A stretch of 40,116 bases of DNA from positions 1-40,116 of the IMG/VR virus record IMGVR_UViG_3300045988_114451, one strand, 5' to 3'. This DNA is from a virus. The position numbers were made by a program, and so were the translations under genes. Shown here in pieces: positions 14,356-25,129 of this stretch (positions within the stretch are counted from its first letter, which is position 1; each line of letters opens with the position of its first letter). The notes below the pieces were generated by a model. The model worked only from the letters and a program-made list of their open reading frames with translations, was not told the origin of the DNA and did no database searches.

Positions 14356-16320
14356 CTATTGTGCCGAGTTACTTGTGACGATTGTGCCGTCAGCGGATAA
14401 CTTTACATTGATGTTGTCAGCAGGACTGTTGATATTCTTCACCAATAAGCCATACCAATCACCATTTATCTTGTGCAGAGCGCCTGCCCAAATTTCCTTG
14501 TAGGTGCAGTGCATTACTGTTGCGTTTGGTACTTTGGAAAGAAATACTTCCAACTGAGCCTTGTTTGACAGGGCGGTGTCGGTGAAAGGAACTGCCGTGT
14601 AGGAGTACTTGATGGCATCAAGCATCTCAGTGACCTCATTGGAGGTCTTTTCGAGGAAGTAGTTGTTTTCATCAAAGGTGATAACCCCGTCAGTAGTGCT
14701 GACATTGAATGGGTAGTGATGATTTTCATTCACATCTGTAACTACTCCGGACAGTAATACTCCTGTACCGATATTCAGCATTCCGTGATACTCCTGTGAG
14801 TTGCCTGTAATTCTGACGGGAACTGAATAGCCGTTAGTAGTATCTACCTGTGCATCGGTCAGTATCTTTAGATAAGCGGTAATGGCTGCCTTGTTTGCTG
14901 CATTGTCACTTGCCTTTAATTCTATTGCACCAAAGGCTTTCACACCCTTTGCAAGGGCATTTACCTCGTTGATGGCAGCAACTATGTTTTTTGTGATAGT
15001 GTTAAGAGCATCGTCGTTCTTATCCTGTAATCTATACATATAAACATTTCCCTCGTTTGATATGTATAGATTAACTCCATTGCCATTCGCAATTTCACCT
15101 AAACCAACATAGCCCGTACCTGTTAGATTCGGGATAATAAATCCTACGAGAACTTCTTCTAATGAAGTTCTTATAGGTATCATATACCCTTTGGTCACAT
15201 CAACTCCCAATGCCGTCAGATTATCAACATACGCTTTTATTGCTGCTACGTTTGCAGCCTTAGCCGTAGTTGAGTTGGAGGTCTTGATGGTTATCGCTTC
15301 AAGATGAGAGAAGAGCGGGGTGATGGTGAGAACGCCATCTGTTGTTAATTCTGCCTTATAAGGAGTGTATCCACTTGCATACAACAGTCCTACATAATCA
15401 CCACCATCGTCATAAGAAAGAACTCCCGTTATGAATGTTCCATCATCAGGAATACTATTACGTCCAATGAACCTCGCCCCACTCAAATCATTTGCACCTG
15501 TCAATGCCTTCCAATCAGTCTTAAACTTGTCAAGTTTTGCCTTCCTATCCGCATCTGTGCCTGTGAGGTCGATTTCTTGGAGGACTCGGCAAAGAACCTC
15601 TTTGTAGAGGTAGCCTGCTTGAGTAAGAAAATACGAAAGATCAGTACTGATTTTTTCAACTATGCTACAAGTATGGGGACTATTTTTTGTTATAGTCACC
15701 TCATACCCATAAAGGTAAACATCTTTATCAGATTCTCCTTCTACATAAATACAAGTAAAATATAGGGTGTATGAAGTATTATCATCAGATTTGAATGTAA
15801 GTGTGCAAAGATTGCCGTCAACCGCCTTGAGCACCACATCCACATTATCGCTCAAGAGTTTCTGATATGTCTCTTCGTCCACTTCGGTGGTGTTTGGAGT
15901 GAGGATAATAGGCTTGCGTGCTCCTTTAACTAACATATCGGAGGTGACAATATCGGTATTGTTACCCATAAGAATTTGTTCTTCTCCATACATGCCATCG
16001 GGGTCTACCTTAAAGTACATAGGACTTGATGAGTCATCGAATATTTCTATCCCACAAATGGAGATATTGGTATCTCCATTGAGATACCCCACTCCCGAGT
16101 AGGCGTCATCTATGATGCAGGTGACCGCCATTCCGTTCACACTTGCTACCCCTGCGGCTTTTGCCTTTTCTACATAGTCAGCAATGTTCTTCACATTCTG
16201 AGCCTTGGACTCGGTAGTATTAGCCGTTGAAATGACGATTGGGGTATTCAGATTCTTGTTAGCACCCTTTATTTCTTGTATTAGGCGTTTTACGCCTGCT
16301 TCATCTAAAGTCTTTGCCAT
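14356..16320 (-). CDS. Tail fibre or receptor-binding protein built from about six divergent repeats of a 90-100-aa module.
   Basis: Recurring module starts are TESKAQNVKNIADYVEKAKAAGV, TTAKAANVAAIKAYVDNLTALGV, DNAANKAAITAYLKILTDAQV and ALSNKAQLEVFLSKV. GC is visibly lower than in neighbouring genes. Confidence 0.65.
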   Translation of the reverse strand: MAKTLDEAGVKRLIQEIKGANKNLNTPIVISTANTTESKAQNVKNIADYVEKAKAAGVASVNGMAVTCIIDDAYSGVGYLNGDTNISICGIEIFDDSSSPMYFKVDPDGMYGEEQILMGNNTDIVTSDMLVKGARKPIILTPNTTEVDEETYQKLLSDNVDVVLKAVDGNLCTLTFKSDDNTSYTLYFTCIYVEGESDKDVYLYGYEVTITKNSPHTCSIVEKISTDLSYFLTQAGYLYKEVLCRVLQEIDLTGTDADRKAKLDKFKTDWKALTGANDLSGARFIGRNSIPDDGTFITGVLSYDDGGDYVGLLYASGYTPYKAELTTDGVLTITPLFSHLEAITIKTSNSTTAKAANVAAIKAYVDNLTALGVDVTKGYMIPIRTSLEEVLVGFIIPNLTGTGYVGLGEIANGNGVNLYISNEGNVYMYRLQDKNDDALNTITKNIVAAINEVNALAKGVKAFGAIELKASDNAANKAAITAYLKILTDAQVDTTNGYSVPVRITGNSQEYHGMLNIGTGVLLSGVVTDVNENHHYPFNVSTTDGVITFDENNYFLEKTSNEVTEMLDAIKYSYTAVPFTDTALSNKAQLEVFLSKVPNATVMHCTYKEIWAGALHKINGDWYGLLVKNINSPADNINVKLSADGTIVTSNSAQ

Positions 16321-16359
16321 ATTCTATTTAATTTTAATCATTCAAAATTATGATTAACT

Positions 16360-17427
16360 TTAATTTGTTGTGTACCAAAGGTTTGCTACCTCGTCTTCGG
16401 TGAGATAGTCAACATCAATGTTCTTCCTTGCCTGTGCCTTTTGTTCTGCGGTAAGATTCTGTTCTACAAACTTTACATTATCATTGACTTTTGCTTGTAG
16501 GTCAGTGTTCAATTTGTCTATTGAAACTGCACCTGCACCAATCTTCTCCTTTGTAACAGCGCCATCCTTAATATGTGCCGTATCAATGATGTCGTTCTGT
16601 ATTTCGACATCACTCCAGTCAGTCCCATCAAACAGAACCTTTCTGATGGTGTTCCCATAGGAATACAAGCCCGAAGCAGTTTCACCATTTGTATTTGCAG
16701 GGACAAGCAAGCCGTTTGTCAGCTTTATGTATAGAGCCGTCTTGTTGTCTCTCTGTGCAAAAGATTTTATAGCGGCTGACGGGTCTTCGCCATATTGAAC
16801 TTGAACCTGCTTGAGGTAGGTGAATTGTTGGTTCATATACAACGTCAAGCCAGGACTGAACTTGTCTCCCGTAACGGAACCGTCTGCTATTTTCTCTTCC
16901 GTTATGGCACCATTTGCAATCTTCTCAGTGGTTACATTGAGATTTTCAATGCGGGAGGTTATTACAGATTTATCTGCGAGTTTATCGCGGGTAATAGCCT
17001 TGTCCGCTATCTTGGGAGTAGTTACTGCACCATCAGCGATGCGCGAGGTCGTAACGGAGCCGTCAGCCTCAAGTGCCTTCACCCGCTCCGACAACGCGCC
17101 TATCTCCGCCTCCGTGTCAACACCGAACGCCACGCCAAGCGGGAGCACGCCCCATCCGTCACCATACACGATAGCGGACAACTCAGTCACCTCAACGCCA
17201 CCGAAGTCAGCATAGACGCCCTTCTCCGTAGCAAGCCAAAAGCCACGCACATCCGCGCCGAGCGCAGGCACATCGGACGGACGCACCGCACCTCCGAACT
17301 GCCAACCCTCACCCAAATTCTCTATCAGGGCAAACAACGCATCCTGCATTATCTGCCCGGTTATCTCCTGATTGCCGTTGGGCTTCACCACATCGGCAAT
17401 GTTCCTTTTCAGTTCATCGTAATTCAT
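16360..17427 (-). CDS. Tail fibre protein with short tandem repeats.
   Basis: TTSRIADGAVTTPKIADKAITRDKLADKSVITSRIENLNVTTEKIANGAITEEKIADGSVTGDKF. Confidence 0.65.
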   Translation of the reverse strand: MNYDELKRNIADVVKPNGNQEITGQIMQDALFALIENLGEGWQFGGAVRPSDVPALGADVRGFWLATEKGVYADFGGVEVTELSAIVYGDGWGVLPLGVAFGVDTEAEIGALSERVKALEADGSVTTSRIADGAVTTPKIADKAITRDKLADKSVITSRIENLNVTTEKIANGAITEEKIADGSVTGDKFSPGLTLYMNQQFTYLKQVQVQYGEDPSAAIKSFAQRDNKTALYIKLTNGLLVPANTNGETASGLYSYGNTIRKVLFDGTDWSDVEIQNDIIDTAHIKDGAVTKEKIGAGAVSIDKLNTDLQAKVNDNVKFVEQNLTAEQKAQARKNIDVDYLTEDEVANLWYTTN

Positions 17428-17431
17428 AGCA

Positions 17432-17704
17432 CTACCACATTACAAGATACAACCATACGAAACCCTGCACCGCAAGCGCACCCAATGCCGTAGCCGTCCA
17501 GTCAAGCAGGTCAAACACCTTGTAACGACAATAGTCAACCACCTCCTTGACAAGCCCCGCCACAACACCGAACAACCAGGCATACGGAGCGACAAGCCCC
17601 CATAATGCCACAATGCCGACTATCGCACCGCCGCAGATGAAGTGCATATACTTGTCAGCTCCGAAACCAGTGAGCCAGGCCCACAACCTTTTTAACCATT
17701 CCAT
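17432..17704 (-). CDS. Small multi-pass membrane protein.
   Basis: Three hydrophobic segments. Function unknown; a holin role is possible but unsupported. Confidence 0.55.
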   Translation of the reverse strand: MEWLKRLWAWLTGFGADKYMHFICGGAIVGIVALWGLVAPYAWLFGVVAGLVKEVVDYCRYKVFDLLDWTATALGALAVQGFVWLYLVMW

Positions 17705-17716
17705 AACCCTAAACTT

Positions 17717-18883
17717 TTATATGATTTTACCCAAGTTCTTGACCACCGTGTCCGTGTGGAAGGTAATCGTGACGGAGGCATAGTTCCCCTGCTCCAGCCA
17801 CTCCACCTCCATATCCACATCGTCCACATCATACTCAACCGAAGCACCGAGCGAGGTGTCCCATATCTTCACCACATCACTCACAGGCACAAGACGCAGG
17901 GCATCACACAGATACTCGGGCGCAAAGAAAGTCATCCGATAGGACTTCCGCGAGATGCCCTTCTCCATAAAGAAGTACCCGTCGCGCTCGTCGCCCTCCT
18001 TCTCTATCTCATACTCCGGACGCCCCACAGCCGTATTCAGCCATACGCGATTGACATATCCCTGCGAATACGGTATCTTACCGTCCGGAAGGGACAAGTC
18101 CGAAATGTCGTTCCACTCAAGCCGCACATTCGGAACGGCACCATAAGTGAACATCTCCGAATAATTTTCTGTAAAACCCGATACTATGTGCAGATAATAT
18201 GTGCCGCTCGGAAGTCCGCCAAGCACAGCAGCATCCCCGCCATACCATATAACATCTATCTTGTTAACGTTATCCAAGTGGATATGAGGGATTATGGCGG
18301 TAGAAATGTCTGCCACCTCCTCACCGTCCGGAGCAAAAACTTTCACCGTGTCAATCGGGGTCGGTACATAAACAACCTTATGAAGTGTGGCGTTCTCACC
18401 ATCCTTTATGTATGATTGCAGGTATAGCTGCACCGTCCCCGCAGGCACCTCAATAACCCCCGAATATAATGTATTTCCCACATTCGGAACAAAGGCTCTG
18501 AGCACGGTACCCTCGGCATTATTACATACCACGTTCACAGTGGATGTACCCTCCACCGTAACAGGTGCGGGAAGATTCTCCACCCAGTACTCCGTAGTCG
18601 TGCCGTCCAAATCATATTCGGTGAACCCCGATGCCGTCCAACCGCTCGGCGTGTATGTGTTTCCGTCTATGTCAAGATACCCATCAAAATACGCCCCGTT
18701 CCCTATTTCTTCTCCACTCGCGGGAGAGACATATTCACCGCGCGTGAAAAAGAAAGGCAACAGCCGATTGTCGCAGCGCAGGGGGAACACATCCCCAAAT
18801 GCCCACGGCAACCGGCATTGCTGCTCCGCCACACTCCTGTAAAACGGAAGCGGTGAAAGATTATTATTTCGCGTCTGTCCCAT
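17717..18883 (-). CDS. Hypothetical tail or baseplate structural protein.
   Basis: A 388-aa ORF between the large distal tail protein and the fibres. Confidence 0.6.
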   Translation of the reverse strand: MGQTRNNNLSPLPFYRSVAEQQCRLPWAFGDVFPLRCDNRLLPFFFTRGEYVSPASGEEIGNGAYFDGYLDIDGNTYTPSGWTASGFTEYDLDGTTTEYWVENLPAPVTVEGTSTVNVVCNNAEGTVLRAFVPNVGNTLYSGVIEVPAGTVQLYLQSYIKDGENATLHKVVYVPTPIDTVKVFAPDGEEVADISTAIIPHIHLDNVNKIDVIWYGGDAAVLGGLPSGTYYLHIVSGFTENYSEMFTYGAVPNVRLEWNDISDLSLPDGKIPYSQGYVNRVWLNTAVGRPEYEIEKEGDERDGYFFMEKGISRKSYRMTFFAPEYLCDALRLVPVSDVVKIWDTSLGASVEYDVDDVDMEVEWLEQGNYASVTITFHTDTVVKNLGKII

Positions 18884-21338
18884 ATCTCAATGTAAGTTGT
18901 TGAAACAAAGATAGCAAGTTTATCGTATATGTGTTCACGAGTGCACGTCCCTTTGTTGACAAAACGCCACGATATGGGTCAAAGGTCTCCACCCACGGCA
19001 ATCCCAACTCCTGCTCCATGGACTTCTTCACCGGATACCAATCTTCCACATCGTAGGTCTGACGACTATCACCGTCCCCGAAGGCTATGTTCCGGCAAGG
19101 ATAATCCGCAATATACCACGTGCGCTCTATGTAATGGAACGACAGGCGATAATTCTGCGTTGCAACATCGTCAGATGAGGACGGAATTTCCACGCGGTCA
19201 TAACCCGATACAAGATATATTGATAACGTTTGAGCCGGATAGACGCGATACAAAATATAACTTACCGATGCCGTCCCCTTCGGCATAACAAAATAACGCC
19301 TGGTTCTCAGCGTTATAGTGGCGAGCAAGGTATTGTTCGCACTATAACACTTGACTATGATTATGACGGCCGCGCTTATAACCGCCCTTGTGTATGTATC
19401 CGTATCCGCCTCTCGTGCAAGCGAAAATTTAGCCGTTTCAACAGTCGGTTCAAGCGTCTGCTGCGGCTGATAACCATAGCCCATAAGATATTCCGGCTTC
19501 GCACCCAACAAAGCGAAACCGTCCTTGTTGAATTCCTCGGGCGACAAAAGCATATAATCCAAATCCGAAGTGAAGGCATCTATCTTTACCTTGTTCGTGG
19601 CACTCTCGTTCACGTATTTCGCAAGGCAGGTGACGGCATCCCCATCGAACCAATCCGTGCATTCGTCCTGCCAGCCGAACTCATAACGCTTGTACAGTTC
19701 CGATATGTCGAACTTGAACTGCGACTTGCCATAAGCCCAGTTCTTGCCCGTGCGCGGGTCTCTCGCGTCCCTTATGTCATAGGGAGTGCCGCCCGTGTAA
19801 GACCCGCCATTGTAAAACCAATATATGTTCTCCACACGCAGCCTGTATGTTCCGTCCGCGTTCCGCTCTATGAACCAGTAGCACCTGAACACATCGCGGA
19901 GCATATCAAGCACCTGCCCTATGGTTATGTCACCCTTCTGCGCCTTCTGCGAGTAATTCGCCGTCAACACATTCGTCTTCGGCGTAATGTATATGTTCGG
20001 CGGTGCCTGCACGATACCCGTGTTCGTGCCATAGAAAAAGCCGCTGCAAGCCTCCGTATCCTCAAACGATATGTTGTATCCGCTGTCCTTGAATATCGCG
20101 CCCAGGAGCACGGAAAGCACCGCAGCGAGCGGATAGGCATCCTTGAGCTGCACCGTGTCCCAATACACATAATCGAATATCCCCGCGGAGAAATTGAAGT
20201 ATGCCCACCACGAATACTCGCCCCACGTCGTCTTGCCGACAGGATAGAGCGGTGCACTGATGCCGAGCACGGCGGGCAATGCAGGCTTCTTGTAATAATT
20301 CGTGTTGTCGGGTGCAAGTCCCCATTCCGTAGGTTTGGCACTGTACTCGTTCGTGCTCATAAGACTGACAATCGAGGCGTCCGGAACGGTCACATAGTTG
20401 TAATTCAATGTCCGTGAGACAATATCCTCCGAAGGGAGGTCGTACTTCGGAGTGTAGTTCGCGTTATTGTGGATTATACGGCAATACATATTCGTCATAT
20501 ATGAACCATTAACCCCCGAATAATAGAAATACATTCCATTGGAGACGGTGCCGTATTCCACGGATGTCGCGTTAACGGAACTCAGCGGAGGGAGAAAGTA
20601 ATTAATCCAACCCGAAGATGTCTTGCGTGATACCGCAACCCCCTTAATGCCATATTGTCCTCCGCGGCTTATCGTCAGTCTCCAATCATCGATTCCATCG
20701 GCATAAAGACTTCCGCTCGCAAGCCCCTTGAATTTTTTTCCATTAATGACAATGACATCTTGTCCCGAATATCCGAACAACTGAGGAACTATACAACATT
20801 CGGCATTTATCGACGCGAAATAGTACTTGTTCACCAAATCGGAGTGGCTTGGCGTCTGCTTCGCGTCCATCTCGAAGTAGTCACCGCCCATTATGGCCGT
20901 GAGTTTCTTGTCACCCTGCCTGTAATACTGCCAGCAGGCACGCCTGCGATACTCGATAATATCATTCCTCGGGGCAAGGCCGACAAGATTGAAGGTGTCG
21001 TCAAGATGCGCCTTCAGCCACGAATAGGCATCATCCGCCTCAATCTCCACCGCTATCTTCCGCGCATCCTCGTCTATCTCGCAGTCCGTTATGACGAACT
21101 TGCCGAAAAACTCAATGCCGCTCCTGTTCAGGCGCACGAGTATCTCCAAGCCGCGCTCCTGCGCCATTATCCAATCATAATCGGTGTCAATGAACTTCAG
21201 CGAGCCCGACAGCTTCTGTCCGAAAGCCATCTCACCCTCATCGCGCTCGTACTCCAACGACAAATCCGAATAACGCGGATGGCACGCCCTGAACGCACCA
21301 CCACGCAAACCCATCGTAAATGTTATTTCCTCCTTCAT
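18864..21338 (-). CDS. Large distal tail or tail-tip protein.
   Basis: An 824-aa ORF immediately downstream of the tape measure gene. Confidence 0.6.
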   Translation of the reverse strand: MKEEITFTMGLRGGAFRACHPRYSDLSLEYERDEGEMAFGQKLSGSLKFIDTDYDWIMAQERGLEILVRLNRSGIEFFGKFVITDCEIDEDARKIAVEIEADDAYSWLKAHLDDTFNLVGLAPRNDIIEYRRRACWQYYRQGDKKLTAIMGGDYFEMDAKQTPSHSDLVNKYYFASINAECCIVPQLFGYSGQDVIVINGKKFKGLASGSLYADGIDDWRLTISRGGQYGIKGVAVSRKTSSGWINYFLPPLSSVNATSVEYGTVSNGMYFYYSGVNGSYMTNMYCRIIHNNANYTPKYDLPSEDIVSRTLNYNYVTVPDASIVSLMSTNEYSAKPTEWGLAPDNTNYYKKPALPAVLGISAPLYPVGKTTWGEYSWWAYFNFSAGIFDYVYWDTVQLKDAYPLAAVLSVLLGAIFKDSGYNISFEDTEACSGFFYGTNTGIVQAPPNIYITPKTNVLTANYSQKAQKGDITIGQVLDMLRDVFRCYWFIERNADGTYRLRVENIYWFYNGGSYTGGTPYDIRDARDPRTGKNWAYGKSQFKFDISELYKRYEFGWQDECTDWFDGDAVTCLAKYVNESATNKVKIDAFTSDLDYMLLSPEEFNKDGFALLGAKPEYLMGYGYQPQQTLEPTVETAKFSLAREADTDTYTRAVISAAVIIIVKCYSANNTLLATITLRTRRYFVMPKGTASVSYILYRVYPAQTLSIYLVSGYDRVEIPSSSDDVATQNYRLSFHYIERTWYIADYPCRNIAFGDGDSRQTYDVEDWYPVKKSMEQELGLPWVETFDPYRGVLSTKGRALVNTYTINLLSLFQQLTLRYGTDAK

Positions 21339-21341
21339 AGC

Positions 21342-24300
21342 CTATGACCTTATTATCTTCCTTGTATGTCCATAAGTGATGACGCGCGTGCCGTCCGCAA
21401 GCCGTGTCTCCATCTTCCGCCCCATAGCCTTCTTCATATCATCGTGAAACCGCTCTATCGCGTCCGTGGAGCCGTCCACATTCACCACAAGTCCCGCATC
21501 GCCACGGAAGGCATTGCCGTACTTCTGCTCGAACACGCCCGCATTGAGCGCGTCTATCACCGCGGGGATAACGCTCCCATACTTGCGTGAACTCCGCTTG
21601 TTGATGACGGCAAGATACTCACCGCCCTCCGCACGCCTCTCGCGTCCGTCAGGCATCGTGCCAAGCGGTATGTCGCGCCCCGACTGATGCGAGCCGCCCG
21701 AAAGCAGTTCCGTACCGCCCTCACCGTAGGTCTGTGCCGCCAACTGATTTGCCTGTACCTTTGCCGCGGCAAACGCACCGAACATCGTGGCAATAGCCGC
21801 GATAGCCAAAGGTATACCGACAACAGGGATACCTGAAAAGGACGAGAATACCTGTGCCGATGCGGTAATGAGGCTTGTAACCTGCATAATGGTATTAAGC
21901 CGTTCCTGCGCCTCCACCGCTGCCTGTTGCTCCGCAAGTGCCTGTTCGTTTATCCTTTGCTTCTCAAGATACTCCTGCTGCGCCAAGGCCACATTGTTCG
22001 CATAGCCGTTCGCGCGTGCGGCTATTTCCTGGTCAAGCGTGGATTTAGTCGCGTCCAGTTCCCTCTGCGACTGCTCCACCATAGTATTTGCCAAGTCAAC
22101 ACGCGCCTGCGCTATCGTCTGGAACTGCTCCATTACATAGTTCACCGTCTGTTGCAGTCCTTTGGATAAGTCCTTCAATCCGCGCTTGCCGAATATATCC
22201 CCAAGTTTCTTTTGCAGCTTCTCAAACCACGACAATCCATCTTCCTCTGACGCCTCTTTCTTCAGCAGCTCAATCTCGTTGCGAAGTCTCTCTATCTCCC
22301 AAGTGGTTTTTGTGGCGTCCTTCTGCCACAATTCGAGCAAGCCCTCCTTGTACTCAATCTCGGCACCGCGCAACTGCGTTTTCTGCGCGTCCTTGTCCCC
22401 GAAGGTTGCAAGCCTTATCTCGCTCTGTCTCTGCTGATATTTCAGCTGCAGAGCCTTTTCGGCGGATTTGTCACCGAACACCGTCTTGCCGAGTGACGAC
22501 TTGAGAGCCTTCCTGTCCATGTCGTCAAGTGCCTTGGCAAAGGCATCCGTCTCCGCGTCAAGCGTGCGCGTGAGGTCTCCCACCTGCGAACTCAACATCT
22601 CAAACCACGCATCCGCTATCTCCTTGTCCATGACAAGATGCAGGGACTTTATTTGATTGAGTATTGCCGTCTCGCCCGCAACGGTTATCTCGCGCTCATC
22701 CTCCTTGAGTGCCCGCTGCTCCGCAAGATATGTCCGCAAATCCTCGATGCGCCTCGTGTATTCGAGCCGTATCGCCTCCGTCTCCTTGAAGATGCTCTCC
22801 TGCGTAGCCTCAAGCGCGGCATCCTGCGCGGCGCGGATAAATTCCAAGTCACGGTTGCGGACGGATTTGCCCGAGCCGCCACCATTACCGCCCACTCCCA
22901 ACAATGTACCGAAGTCAAGTCCCAATGCCCTCTCCCTCAATCTCTCACGCAGATTTATAAGTTTCTGTGTTTCCTCGTTGTACTTCTCCAGTTCCGATGT
23001 TGCGGATGCCAGAGCCGCTTTTTCCAACCCCTCTTTCATTGAACGCTGCGCAGCAGCCCCAAGACCCGCATATCCGCCTATATTGCCCGAAACGGCTATA
23101 TCCGGGGATTTTGCGGCATTGTACGCACGTTCCGCCTCCTTAACCCTTGTAAGCAATTTTTGATACTTATCCGATGCCTCCCTTTTGGCAATCTCACCCG
23201 ATACGGCAGTTATATCGTTCAATACGCCACGCACCTCCGCCTCACGCACAAGCAACTCAATAAATCTGCCCCTTGCGCTGATAAGGCTCTGTGTGCTGTC
23301 AATCGTCAATCCGAGATATTCGATTTGCTTGCCGTACTTCTCGTTGACCAACTGCACAATCTCCGCCTGCTCCGCCTCCGTCTTGTTGCCGTTCTCCAAG
23401 ACATAGATGTATGTCTCCAGTTCCGCCGAACTCTCCGCCATCTGCCCCGAAACTTTTGACATGGTTTCATTGTACGCCTTCAGTCCCTCCGTAGCCGCGT
23501 CAAACGTCTTGCCCAAACCCAATACACTGCCCGCCCACTTGATTATCTCGTTGCCGAATTTGGATAACAATGTCAACGCAATAACCATAGCCGTCTGCCA
23601 ACTGAAAAACGATTTCAGCGTCTGCATCAGCGCAACCTTCGTGCTCCCCATCTCGTCCTTCACGCGCTTGAAGGCATCCGTGAAGATGGGGATGTTGTTC
23701 GATATGGCGAGAAAGAACTGATTGAACGACATCGCCAAGGACGGTGCCTCACGGACAATCTGCTGCGTAGCCAAGCCCAGGCCGTTCAATGCCTTCGAGT
23801 AGTTGCCCACATCGAGGGTATGACGCCCGGTAGCCGCCTGCAGAGCCTTCATCTTCTCCATGGTGGCCTCCGCCTGCTTCTGCTTGTCGAGCAGCACCTT
23901 GTTGTTGCTTATCTCCTCCTGCGAATACTTGTTCAACTCAATCTTGAGTTTCGTGTACAGAGCCGCAAGACGATTGTAACTCTCGGCCGCCTGCCGCGCG
24001 TTCTGCGAGTTCTCTAATTGCGCCTTTGCCTCCGCCTTCATCTGCTGCTGCAACTCCGCTATACGCGCCTTGTACTGCTCGATGGCCAAGTCATTCTTCC
24101 TGTACCGCTCGTTGAGTTCATCGTACTTCGCCTTGAGTTTATCCACCTCCGACGCCTGACGCGCCAGCGGGGAACTGCCGCCACCCGCACCCGAGCCGCC
24201 AACACCATTGATTGCGTCCTTCATTGTCCTGGAAGCCGCGATGATAGCCTGCACGTCCCTTTCGTAAGTCTGACGCAACTGCCCCAACTCAGAAATGAGT

Positions 24301-24353
24301 TTCTGTATCGCCCCGTCGTCTATGACGAGGTCACTGTACTTGATGCTCTCCAT
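21342..24353 (-). CDS. Tape measure protein.
   Basis: 1003 aa, long coiled-coil-type A/E/K/L/Q-rich regions, internal hydrophobic segments, and the canonical position. Confidence 0.8.
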   Translation of the reverse strand: MESIKYSDLVIDDGAIQKLISELGQLRQTYERDVQAIIAASRTMKDAINGVGGSGAGGGSSPLARQASEVDKLKAKYDELNERYRKNDLAIEQYKARIAELQQQMKAEAKAQLENSQNARQAAESYNRLAALYTKLKIELNKYSQEEISNNKVLLDKQKQAEATMEKMKALQAATGRHTLDVGNYSKALNGLGLATQQIVREAPSLAMSFNQFFLAISNNIPIFTDAFKRVKDEMGSTKVALMQTLKSFFSWQTAMVIALTLLSKFGNEIIKWAGSVLGLGKTFDAATEGLKAYNETMSKVSGQMAESSAELETYIYVLENGNKTEAEQAEIVQLVNEKYGKQIEYLGLTIDSTQSLISARGRFIELLVREAEVRGVLNDITAVSGEIAKREASDKYQKLLTRVKEAERAYNAAKSPDIAVSGNIGGYAGLGAAAQRSMKEGLEKAALASATSELEKYNEETQKLINLRERLRERALGLDFGTLLGVGGNGGGSGKSVRNRDLEFIRAAQDAALEATQESIFKETEAIRLEYTRRIEDLRTYLAEQRALKEDEREITVAGETAILNQIKSLHLVMDKEIADAWFEMLSSQVGDLTRTLDAETDAFAKALDDMDRKALKSSLGKTVFGDKSAEKALQLKYQQRQSEIRLATFGDKDAQKTQLRGAEIEYKEGLLELWQKDATKTTWEIERLRNEIELLKKEASEEDGLSWFEKLQKKLGDIFGKRGLKDLSKGLQQTVNYVMEQFQTIAQARVDLANTMVEQSQRELDATKSTLDQEIAARANGYANNVALAQQEYLEKQRINEQALAEQQAAVEAQERLNTIMQVTSLITASAQVFSSFSGIPVVGIPLAIAAIATMFGAFAAAKVQANQLAAQTYGEGGTELLSGGSHQSGRDIPLGTMPDGRERRAEGGEYLAVINKRSSRKYGSVIPAVIDALNAGVFEQKYGNAFRGDAGLVVNVDGSTDAIERFHDDMKKAMGRKMETRLADGTRVITYGHTRKIIRS

Positions 24354-24354
24354 A

Positions 24355-25122
24355 TCACCTTTTCTTTGTCCGTGTCCTTAACTTCTTCATCTCCTTTCCC
24401 CTCCTGTCCAACAATTCGTAAGCCGAATAATACTCATTCACCGTCATACGCTTCGCGTCCGCGTGCAGCTCTCCCGATATGTACAGGCACATGTCCTCAT
24501 ATTGCCTGTCGAACTTCACCTCAAACTCACCGTTCCAATAGGACTTGACCTCCTCGAACAACCACATCTCCCCCTCAATGCGCCTCACCTCATCCGACGT
24601 GTCGCGCCCCTCGATTATTCCGTCAAGTATGGCATTGCACCGCCTGCGTATCAGCGATTCGTACTCCGCCTCCATGCTGTTCCCGAACAACTTCGGGAAA
24701 TATGCCGTCAGTTCGGCGTCTATTTTTTTTTTAACGCCGACAAGCCATTGCGTCAGCCTGTCAACGCGCGTCTCCGCAAACATGTCGGCCGTCCTGCGCA
24801 GCCCCTCCTCGCTCAGGTCATCGCGCGGCTTGCCGTCCACCGACCTCACAAGCACCGCAAGCGCAAGGCTCTTTCCGTCAAACCCGTCCATCGTCATCGC
24901 TATCGACTGACGCAGATTCCGCAGTTCCGTGTCAACATCGTCGCGCTCACCCCGCGTGTTCAGTTCAATCAGCCGCCCTATGCGCCTGTCAACGGCACCC
25001 ATGTCACCGCCAAGTCCGGAATCGATGAGCATATACTTGCTGAACTTGTGAAACCGCACCACGGGCATCTCCTCCGGCGCGTCATAAAGCACTATCCTGT
25101 GTCCGTTTACCTCTATCTCCAT
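24355..25122 (-). CDS. Hypothetical protein (tail assembly chaperone position).
   Basis: Assigned by position directly upstream of the tape measure gene. No motif recognised. Confidence 0.45.
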   Translation of the reverse strand: MEIEVNGHRIVLYDAPEEMPVVRFHKFSKYMLIDSGLGGDMGAVDRRIGRLIELNTRGERDDVDTELRNLRQSIAMTMDGFDGKSLALAVLVRSVDGKPRDDLSEEGLRRTADMFAETRVDRLTQWLVGVKKKIDAELTAYFPKLFGNSMEAEYESLIRRRCNAILDGIIEGRDTSDEVRRIEGEMWLFEEVKSYWNGEFEVKFDRQYEDMCLYISGELHADAKRMTVNEYYSAYELLDRRGKEMKKLRTRTKKR

Positions 25123-25129
25123 AATAACC

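Noticed and set aside
14356-16320. A diversity-generating retroelement targeting the tail fibre or the repeat protein.
   Set aside because: There is no reverse transcriptase gene, and no template-repeat copy of a variable region was found in the window.
24723-24732. An A10 run (GTT AAA AAA AAA ATA) in the gene upstream of the tape measure, as the classical tail-chaperone -1 programmed frameshift site.
   Set aside because: By manual translation the -1 frame terminates after roughly 30 codons. It would give a shorter product rather than the usual C-terminally extended G-T fusion. The site is also mid-gene, so the idea is not supported.
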